A stretch of DNA of 52,275 nt from Bacteroidota bacterium (GTDB taxonomy: Bacteria; Bacteroidota; Bacteroidia; Chitinophagales; JACZTA01), in the NCBI GenBank assembly GCA_022573915.1, contig JACZTA010000001.1, positions 1 to 52,275 of the forward strand. Direction: 5' to 3'. Positions 18,385-28,299 of the stretch are shown here, piece by piece. Both the position numbers and the translations under genes were made by a program. Positions within the stretch are counted from its first letter, which is position 1; each line of letters begins with the position of its first letter. Under the pieces are notes generated by a model. It saw nothing but the letters and a program-made list of their open reading frames with translations, searched no databases and was not told the origin of the DNA.

Positions 18385-18819
18385 TTATTTTTTATTGCGG
18401 TTGCTATCAATGCGTAGCAGATTATCCAGGGAAAACCTGTCCCATTCCTTCGGCAATATCAGTAGCGTAACTAAAAGCATGGTGCGGTATAGTACATGTG
18501 ACAAATTCCAGATAGGGTCCGCTAATCCATGTCCGAATGTAACTATCACGAGCACCGAGGCTAGCGCATAGAGTGCATAGTTCTTCTTGAAACCAATTAC
18601 CAATAAAGCGCCTGCAATGAGTTCAATATAGGATGTGTAATAAGCAGTTGCATGAATGAGGAAGTGGGGTAGTAAGTCCTTATAGGTATCAAAAAAGTAA
18701 GGTTTATGATATACGTCCTCCACTCCCCATATAAAAACCTTACCGAAACCCTGCATCAGAAATATAAATCCTAGTAGCAATCGAAGAGTCAATGCCGCTA
18801 TTTGCCTGTTCAAGTTCAT
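18385..18819 (-). CDS. DoxX-family membrane protein
   Basis: LRLLLGFIFLMQGFGKVF plus 4 TM segments over 144 aa. Confidence 0.7.
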   Translation of the reverse strand: MNLNRQIAALTLRLLLGFIFLMQGFGKVFIWGVEDVYHKPYFFDTYKDLLPHFLIHATAYYTSYIELIAGALLVIGFKKNYALYALASVLVIVTFGHGLADPIWNLSHVLYRTMLLVTLLILPKEWDRFSLDNLLRIDSNRNKK

Positions 18820-18825
18820 CGTATT

Positions 18826-19449
18826 TTATTTTTCGAACACAAAAGATATTAATCTTGGAATAGCAGTTTCATCATTATTGTCGAACCATTCTTTTAATTC
18901 CAAAACTTTAAATCCACTTATTGTCGCTGAATTGATGTATTCTGAAACATGATGTGTAAATACCTCAAGTTCTATGATTCCATTCTCAGTTTCATATCTT
19001 GCTTTAGTACCCGTGTATTGTTTAAAAGGATGAAGTTCACAAACGAAGAACTTTCCTTTAGGTTTTAATTTTTTAAATCCTTCGCTAAAAATAAAATCCA
19101 GATCAGAAATATGCTCTAACGTCAGGCTGCAAGAGATCAGATCTGCGTAGTTGTCTTTTATGTCCCAGGGTTTGTTCAAATCGGCTTGTTGGAAATTCAC
19201 CTTATCCGACTTGATTTTTTCTTTCGCTTTAAGAAGCATTTTCCCGGAGAAGTCCATACCAATAATTGAACTTGCTTTTTCTGCCAGCCACTGAGTATTT
19301 TTTCCTGTGCCACACCCCAGTTCCAGTACGGTTGTAAAGTCGTATCTATCTAAAGTTTGTTTAGCTACAATTTCCTCCAGATCACGTGTTTTATTTTCAC
19401 CAGTGTCATAAGTATTTGCCCAATCATTATATGATTTGTCAATTGTCAT
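18826..19449 (-). CDS. Class I SAM-dependent methyltransferase
   Basis: Motif I VLELGCGTGKNTQWL and post-I MDFSGKML. 207 aa. Confidence 0.85.
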   Translation of the reverse strand: MTIDKSYNDWANTYDTGENKTRDLEEIVAKQTLDRYDFTTVLELGCGTGKNTQWLAEKASSIIGMDFSGKMLLKAKEKIKSDKVNFQQADLNKPWDIKDNYADLISCSLTLEHISDLDFIFSEGFKKLKPKGKFFVCELHPFKQYTGTKARYETENGIIELEVFTHHVSEYINSATISGFKVLELKEWFDNNDETAIPRLISFVFEK

Positions 19450-19546
19450 TTTGATAAAATATGATGGAAGGGGTAAAAATAGGATAATGATTTGAATACG
19501 AAGCTGGCTTATGCGTTTGCAGCGCTCGCTTGTTTAGTGTCAGGTG

Positions 19547-19825
19547 TTAACACTTGATAATCTTTATAACCGAAATTCTTTCAAGTTCCGTCTTTTCCTT
19601 TTGCGATTTAAATCCCTCAAATATCCAGGCATTGGTATAGTCAAACAAAATCCCCAAAACATAAACTATCGAGATTAAAGCAGCTGCGCTCACGATTGTA
19701 TACTTCTCAAGTAGAGTGAAGAACGAATTTGCTGGGAGAAAAAAAGCAAATAGAACACCCATAATCCAAATGAATGATAACATCCCAATTATCAAGATGT
19801 CAACGAATAGAGTTGTAGTTCGCAT
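19547..19825 (-). CDS. Small membrane protein (92 aa, 2-3 TM helices)
   Basis: LFVDILIIGMLSFIWIMGVLFAFFL and IVSAAALISIVYVLGILF. It is the last gene of the three-gene minus-strand unit. Confidence 0.5.
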   Translation of the reverse strand: MRTTTLFVDILIIGMLSFIWIMGVLFAFFLPANSFFTLLEKYTIVSAAALISIVYVLGILFDYTNAWIFEGFKSQKEKTELERISVIKIIKC

Positions 19826-19881
19826 AGAGTAAATGAAAAATAAATTTGTGTCAACTGTTCTACTTACAAGGGGTAATTATA

Positions 19882-20238
19882 TTATTTCCGTTTCTTTAAA
19901 AGCCAATGATATACGTTTTGGTTACCCATGGTCACCACATAGGCTTGGACAAACTCCCAGCCACTTTCACCCATGTAGTTGAGTGCATCAACCATTGAGT
20001 TAAAAGCTTGAACGTCTCCTGTTTTTTCGTCTCTCATTCTTGTGTCCTGAAAAAACTTACGTTCTTGACCAAAGTCCACTCGTACTATAACTTTAGTACT
20101 AAGAAATCTTTGTGTACCAACAAGTTGACAATAAACATAATTGACTGAATCTGAGGCAGGATCCATGTTCTGTGCTTGCGCAGTTTTTCCTATTAGAACT
20201 ATTAGGATCAAAGTCATCAGAAAGAATGAATTTTTCAT
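19882..20238 (-). CDS. Small secreted protein (118 aa) with a DUF4177-like C-terminal fold
   Basis: Signal peptide MKNSFFLMTLILIVLIGKTAQAQ. The C-terminal ...NSMVDALNYMGESGWEFVQAYVV... resembles the GWEL-type small domain. Assignment is from memory. Confidence 0.5.
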   Translation of the reverse strand: MKNSFFLMTLILIVLIGKTAQAQNMDPASDSVNYVYCQLVGTQRFLSTKVIVRVDFGQERKFFQDTRMRDEKTGDVQAFNSMVDALNYMGESGWEFVQAYVVTMGNQNVYHWLLKKRK

Positions 20239-20264
20239 TGATGTTTAATTTATCGTTAATGTTA

Positions 20265-21593
20265 TTAGAAATATTGATCTAATTTTGGAGCAGGTCTCTT
20301 CCAATTCGTCATATGCTGCACAATTCCTTCGTAATAAGCTAAGATTTGATTCTCAATTAGTTCTACAAACTTTTTGGTACTTCCAAAATTTGCTCCATAT
20401 CCTTCATTTAGAACTACATGAAAAGCTTGGATTTCCTTTCCTTTTGTGAGCTCCGTTAGAGTATCCAATTCTGACAAATTTACTTTTATGTTCTCTTTCG
20501 CGAATTTGATACTAGCTTCAATCCATATATTGCTGCCAATTTTATTGAATACTTCTGCGTTCTGTTTCTCACAGTTTTGAAGTTGTTTGGCTATCCAACT
20601 GATACGAGCTTGAGTTCCCTTATTCATGGGTGGAATTGTCTTCACTGACATTGATACAATTCTACGCTCGAATTCCAGAATGACTTTTATATCCGAAACA
20701 GAATCCTTTACACTTAGCATACCCTCTATGTAATTTTCTTTGACAAGTTTTAACATATCTAGCTTTATACTATCCTTTCCTTTTGGAGTGGATTTCACAA
20801 GAACACCTAGTTTTCTACTGAGAAGCAAGGCTATATCCTTTTCTTCTTCATACCAACTTAAGAGAGCATCTTCTATGTAGGGATCTGAAACCTTCATGGG
20901 TTTTTGAGCCCTCACACTCTCAACTAGATCTTTCCACCCAACTTTCATTTGCGTGTAGCCACTAACGCCTGAGGTCGGATTACTGATGTACGCAAGTACT
21001 TCTTGCATTATTTGGACTTGATCATAGTCCTTAATGTTATCATCATTTTTAAATAATAGCAATTGTCCAATTGTCCTTAAATAAGTCCAAGAAAAATGAG
21101 AGAGTAAAACATGTTTCGGGACTCTTACTTTTACAGGCGAAATAGAAGAATCTCTTACAAATTCGTTCGATACGGTGACTAGATTAGTTACTTTAAGTTT
21201 GTTTGCCAACGTTAAATACCGCTCGACTTGACTCTTGTCAACCCTGTTGTTCTTATTTTTCATTTCAAAGAACGCCGCTTCCTGAATTAGGCCTTTTACA
21301 ACAATGACAATTAGCCCATCAACTCTGGATGTATCAATATCAGGAAATGTTGCTTCTGTGAAATAATACGCTCTTCCTCCTCGGTTAAGCCTTAATTCTT
21401 TAAAAATATTGTCGCGGTACTCTTTCACCAGCCTAAGACTTGAAAGAAATATAGAAGCTAGAGCCATTTCGTCACCAGTTTTCAACGATGGAATTAGCCT
21501 TGCAGGTTGCACCTGAATTTGCCCAGATTCTATAAATAAATCGAAGTGATCTTTTCGAAGACCGACTAATTTCGTGAATTTCTTTCCAATCAT
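20265..21593 (-). CDS. Uncharacterised 442-aa protein with an N-terminal PD-(D/E)xK nuclease-like motif
   Basis: The pattern is D92 (RVDGLIVIVV), then E110-M-K112 (AAFFEMK), then Q122xxxY126. This follows the D...(D/E)xK...QxxxY arrangement of restriction-endonuclease-fold proteins. The C-terminal ~270 aa has no recognisable domain. Confidence 0.5.
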   Translation of the reverse strand: MIGKKFTKLVGLRKDHFDLFIESGQIQVQPARLIPSLKTGDEMALASIFLSSLRLVKEYRDNIFKELRLNRGGRAYYFTEATFPDIDTSRVDGLIVIVVKGLIQEAAFFEMKNKNNRVDKSQVERYLTLANKLKVTNLVTVSNEFVRDSSISPVKVRVPKHVLLSHFSWTYLRTIGQLLLFKNDDNIKDYDQVQIMQEVLAYISNPTSGVSGYTQMKVGWKDLVESVRAQKPMKVSDPYIEDALLSWYEEEKDIALLLSRKLGVLVKSTPKGKDSIKLDMLKLVKENYIEGMLSVKDSVSDIKVILEFERRIVSMSVKTIPPMNKGTQARISWIAKQLQNCEKQNAEVFNKIGSNIWIEASIKFAKENIKVNLSELDTLTELTKGKEIQAFHVVLNEGYGANFGSTKKFVELIENQILAYYEGIVQHMTNWKRPAPKLDQYF

Positions 21594-21754
21594 AATATGC
21601 GATATGAAAAATTCGGATTAAGTAATATTAACGCAAAAATTTAAATTAAATATAACATTTTTACATAAACAGAAATATTCAAATAAATACGTTCACAACA
21701 AACTTATCTACCCTCATATTCTTTTCCCTAACTCTACCTCCAACTCTCCCCTGA

Positions 21755-21883
21755 ATGCCTGAGACCCAACACCCCAATATCTATGATATAGACTGCCCGA
21801 ATGCCGGCACTTCTGCTGTTGGAAATGTTCTGGGAAATGATAGTGAAAATAAACAATACTCTATTAGACAGTTGGGTATATAA
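21755..21883 (+). CDS. Possible small ORF (42 codons), paralogue of 23305..23430
   Basis: It runs ATG to TAA and lies in the same relative position and frame as the 41-codon ORF upstream of the intact methyltransferase gene. Confidence 0.2.
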   Translation: MPETQHPNIYDIDCPNAGTSAVGNVLGNDSENKQYSIRQLGI

Positions 21884-21894
21884 ATGAATGACTC

Positions 21895-22070
21895 ATGATA
21901 ATAGTAAAGTGTGACTCATGCGGAAGTGAAATTCATGTCTTGAAGTATGAAATAGACATGAGCGAAAACAATCTTTATTATTATCGGTAATCAAGGAATG
22001 TTTCCAGCAAAGAAAAAATGGTTGGAACACAGCGCATCGTGGGAGGTAAAAATAGAATAATGATTGAAAT
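21895..22070 (+). pseudogene. 5' fragment of a methyltransferase gene (paralogous to 23444..), interrupted by an in-frame stop
   Basis: It translates MIIVKCDSCGSEIHVLKYEIDMSENNLYYYR*SRNVSSKEKMVGTQRIV, against MIEVNCDLCGSENHALKYEIDVSENNLRYYRYSRNIPGNEKMVGILRIV in the intact gene. The change is TAT to TAA at 21988-21990, and similarity ends near 22070. Confidence 0.75.
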
Positions 22071-22149
22071 ACTCGCTGGTCCAGGCAAACTAGTATCCAT
22101 ACACTGAAAGGTGAAACGATTGCTCATTTGATCTTGAGCCAGGTTAAAA

Positions 22150-22330
22150 AACTCCTTACATTTTCAGGGTGGCCTTGCTCTGCCGACCTGTCGCCGAAGC
22201 GCAGCGAAGGAGGAAGCGGCTTCGCGAAGGCAAGCGGGAGGGTAGTGTCCTTTATTGTACCCCCCGGGGGTCGAATGTTGCTCGTGAGCAACATTTGCAA
22301 TTTATGGTGTTTTTTGAACCTAAAATTGCT
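22150..22330 (+). other. G+C-rich structured intergenic element (possible ncRNA or MITE-like repeat)
   Basis: It contains a 13-nt palindrome ACCCCCCGGGGGT (22259-22271) and a perfect 9-bp hairpin AATGTTGCT-cgtg-AGCAACATT (22274-22295). It also carries the core motif GCGGGAGGGTAGTGTCCTTTATTGT, which recurs at 16768 and 35857. Confidence 0.4.
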
Positions 22331-22615
22331 CTCATTGACATAAAAACTTGCATTTTTATTTTGCGGTTTTTTGAATTCTTCCTGTTCTTCCGGTGTAAGG
22401 TTTAAAACCTGGCACGAGAGAACAAACTGAAGGGTTCATGGGAGTTTTCAGCAAGTAAGGAACTGCTCATCATAATAAAGACAGAAGGTGATTCGGATAC
22501 CTATAAGTTGTTGAGACTCAAGCAAAATGAGATGTGGTTGGAAGAATTGGATTTAAAAGAAGTACATTCGCGGCCTTAAAAACCTGTATTTTTCTAACCT
22601 AATAAATTCAATAAA

Positions 22616-23047
22616 ATGAAACTAATGAAATCAACAATCACTCTTTCGCTGATAAGCCTATTGATAATGGGGCTCAGTTCTTGTGCTAAATATGAACTTG
22701 GCTTAGTGGAAGATAACTACGCGGGCGACGTGATGGTGACTTCTACAGGAAGCGATCCGTCAGGAGACTTTGTAGGAGATGGAGATGCAGGTACTTATTC
22801 GTTTACCTATACTAATTCGACTAAGAAAGCGGATGTTCGTTTTGACATCACAACGCCTACCGGTTCGGTACAAATGGTGGTCAATGATGCTAAAGGAAAT
22901 GTTGTTCTTGATGAAATCATAGTAGGTGGAGCAAGTATAGATACCTTTTCCGGCCTGACATCTGAAGGCAAATCCGGTGTTTGGAAAGTGACAATCACCC
23001 TGATCGATTTTGATGGAGATGGTAGTTACTCAATAAATCCGGCCTAA
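22616..23047 (+). CDS. Hypothetical lipoprotein (143 aa)
   Basis: Lipobox LIMGLSSC. Followed by an intrinsic terminator. Confidence 0.6.
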   Translation: MKLMKSTITLSLISLLIMGLSSCAKYELGLVEDNYAGDVMVTSTGSDPSGDFVGDGDAGTYSFTYTNSTKKADVRFDITTPTGSVQMVVNDAKGNVVLDEIIVGGASIDTFSGLTSEGKSGVWKVTITLIDFDGDGSYSINPA

Positions 23048-23076
23048 CATAAACTTTATATAATCAACATTGTATA

Positions 23077-23107
23077 ACCCGCAGGAATTATCTTGCGGGT
23101 TTTTTTA
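23077..23107 (+). terminator. Rho-independent terminator
   Basis: Hairpin ACCCGCAgg-aattat-cTTGCGGGT followed by TTTTTT (23101-23106), 30 nt after the 23047 stop. Confidence 0.75.
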
Positions 23108-23304
23108 TCTTAAAATTAATCCATGCAACCAACGGTTTCGATAACTCGTCAGATCATGAGATCAACCCTGTTTATCATGTAGAAGTCAAAAGGGTAATAA
23201 GTTTTTCACCAACATCAACGGAAATGTCGAATTTGGTTGTGTCATAACTACCTGATTTTCCCTCCCATTCTTTTCCCTAACTTTGCTCCCCAACTCTCCC
23301 CTGA

Positions 23305-23430
23305 ATGTCCGAAACCGAATTCCTTGACATTTACCATATAGGCTGCCTAAAAACTGAGACTCCGGCTATTGTAAATTTTCTGGGAGATGATAGCGAAATA
23401 AACATTATTCGATTAGATAGTCAGGCATAA
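23305..23430 (+). CDS. Possible small ORF (41 codons: MSETEFLDIYHIGCLKTETPAIVNFLGDDSEINIIRLDSQA)
   Basis: It runs ATG to TAA and ends 14 nt before the methyltransferase start. A diverged copy with the frame preserved lies at 21755..21883. It is too short to appear in the ORF track. Confidence 0.25.
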   Translation: MSETEFLDIYHIGCLKTETPAIVNFLGDDSEINIIRLDSQA

Positions 23431-23443
23431 AAATGGATCACTC

Positions 23444-24520
23444 ATGATAGAAGTAAATTGTGACTTATGCGGAAGTGAAAATCATGCCTTGAAGTATGAA
23501 ATCGACGTAAGTGAAAACAATCTCAGATATTACAGGTATTCGAGGAACATACCCGGTAATGAAAAAATGGTTGGAATACTTCGGATAGTGGAATGCAAAA
23601 ATTGTAAGCTTATGTTTACAAATCCTCGATTTTCAACCGACGAGCTGGAGCTTGTATATTCTTCGGAAAAAGTAATCGGAGGTAATTGGAAGGATTTTAG
23701 ATATTTGTTTAATCCCAATTTACCTGATGAAATGCAGGGTGTAAAAAAGAAAACTGCATATGACTCAAATTTGTATCAATGGAAATTTGATGTTATAAAC
23801 ACATATTGCAAAGCTCCACCCGAACAGTTGAAACTAATCGACATCGGTTGTGGTAATGGAAAATTTGTCTTTGATGCTATTCATCACGGATTTGATGCAG
23901 TTGGCATTGATCTCAGTCCGGATCGCATCAGAAAGGGCAGGGAACTTTATAACCTCAGTGACGATAGATTGAAATGTATGAATGTTGATGACTTTTCTGA
24001 AACTGAAAAGTATGATATAATAGTGATGTGGGATCTTATTGAGCACGTAGAAAGTCCTTCCTCCTTATTGAGAAGTTTGAACAAGATCGCGCATAAGGAT
24101 ACGGTAATCTTTGCCTTAACCATGTCAATTGATTCGATTACCTATAGATTGTTTAAGAAGCACTGGAACTATATTAACCCTACTCAACATCTTAATTACT
24201 TTTCACATTCCACGATAAAAAAGATGTTTGAAAAAAATTCCTTCGAGCTGGTTGGAGTAGAAATGGATAATTCAAAAAATAAAAATATAATTTCTTTGAT
24301 AACCAGAATTTTGGTTGGTAAAATGAACCAATTCTTTTTTCATATTTATAGTAAAGAAAGCTTTCTAAGGATATTATTCAGGCCTTTTCAACGAGGGATT
24401 TCAAATGAGAGAATGAAAAAGAGAATTGAAAATTTATATCCTGGTAAATATGTTGGGAGATATCATGATAATTTCGTCTTTGTTGCGAAGTTAGCAGAGC
24501 AATTTAAGATTCAAAGCTAA
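23444..24520 (+). CDS. Class I SAM-dependent methyltransferase with an N-terminal CxxC...CxxC zinc-ribbon
   Basis: CDLCGS...CKNC is followed by motif I LIDIGCGNGKF and by DIIVMWDLIEHV. Confidence 0.85.
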   Translation: MIEVNCDLCGSENHALKYEIDVSENNLRYYRYSRNIPGNEKMVGILRIVECKNCKLMFTNPRFSTDELELVYSSEKVIGGNWKDFRYLFNPNLPDEMQGVKKKTAYDSNLYQWKFDVINTYCKAPPEQLKLIDIGCGNGKFVFDAIHHGFDAVGIDLSPDRIRKGRELYNLSDDRLKCMNVDDFSETEKYDIIVMWDLIEHVESPSSLLRSLNKIAHKDTVIFALTMSIDSITYRLFKKHWNYINPTQHLNYFSHSTIKKMFEKNSFELVGVEMDNSKNKNIISLITRILVGKMNQFFFHIYSKESFLRILFRPFQRGISNERMKKRIENLYPGKYVGRYHDNFVFVAKLAEQFKIQS

Positions 24521-24594
24521 TGTGCAGAACCGGGCTACAAGTGAGGAAAACGTGTACCTGATTAAATAACTAACTAACCAAATAAACTAACAAT

Positions 24595-25362
24595 TTGATC
24601 CCAACATACGGATTTGGAGTAATTATACAAGCCAGGGTGGGCTCCACCAGGCTTCCTAATAAAGTGATCCTGCCCTTCTATGAGGATTACTCCATATTGG
24701 AGATCATCATAGATAAAGTAAGGTCAATCTTAGGTGATTATCCGATCGTTGTAGCTACCACCTCGAAAATAAAAGATGAAGTTATCGTCGAGACTGCGAG
24801 ATCCAGGGGCGTGGATGTTTACAGAGGATCGGAAGAAGATGTTCTGGACAGGTTTATCGGCGCTGCCAACGAGCAGGAAATAACGAAGATCATCAGAATT
24901 TGTGCAGACAATCCATTCCTTGATAAACACGCTTTACAGCAATTAACAAATGAATATTACGACAACCCGGTCGACTACATGAGTTACCTGTTGGCCAACG
25001 ATCTTCCTTCTATAAGATCTAACCTGGGCCTTTTTGCGGAGATTGCCTCTATCGAGGCTTTGATGAAGGTCGCGGAACTGACAGATGAAAAACGATATCA
25101 CGAGCATGTGACGAATTATATCTATTCAAATCCTGCAGCGTTCAAACTCGCCTGGCTGGATGTTCCTGAGGATCTGTTCAACAGATCTGACATACGACTT
25201 ACCCTGGACACCTTATCCGATTTCGATCTGCAGAAGAAGATCTATTCTGAATTGTCCGAAAAACATTCTTCATTTGGGATTAATGAAATTATCTTGCATC
25301 TTGATAGCCATCCTGAATACCTACAGGCCATGAAAGAACAGATCGCCCAAAACCCAAAATAG
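24595..25362 (+). CDS. Cytidylyltransferase (SpsF/NeuA/KdsB-type, CTP_transf_3)
   Basis: VIIQARVGSTRLPNKV at the N-terminus. TTG start. Adjacent to the NeuB-like synthase. Confidence 0.75.
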   Translation: MIPTYGFGVIIQARVGSTRLPNKVILPFYEDYSILEIIIDKVRSILGDYPIVVATTSKIKDEVIVETARSRGVDVYRGSEEDVLDRFIGAANEQEITKIIRICADNPFLDKHALQQLTNEYYDNPVDYMSYLLANDLPSIRSNLGLFAEIASIEALMKVAELTDEKRYHEHVTNYIYSNPAAFKLAWLDVPEDLFNRSDIRLTLDTLSDFDLQKKIYSELSEKHSSFGINEIILHLDSHPEYLQAMKEQIAQNPK

Positions 25363-25368
25363 TCGTTG

Positions 25369-28299
<2,931 letters not shown>

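Noticed and set aside
22274-22316. The 9-bp hairpin at 22274-22295 as an intrinsic terminator.
   Set aside because: The T-run (22311-22316) is ~15 nt away from the stem rather than adjacent, and no upstream gene ends there.
22128-22405. Track ORFs 22128-22343 and 22169-22405 (71 and 78 aa) as protein genes.
   Set aside because: They overlap each other in different frames across the G+C-rich palindromic element. They are Arg/Gly/Ser-rich and low in complexity, and lack credible starts, so this is more likely non-coding structured DNA.
16289-23443. Calling the inserted block a bona fide mobile element, prophage or integrative island.
   Set aside because: No integrase, transposase, relaxase or phage structural gene is recognisable, and no clean terminal inverted or direct repeats define its ends. 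It is reported only as a variable or inserted block.
21701-23630. Diversity-generating retroelement template/variable repeat pair.
   Set aside because: Differences between the two copies involve all four bases rather than adenine-specific changes. The duplicated part is the 5' end plus upstream DNA rather than a 3' variable region. No reverse transcriptase is present in the window.
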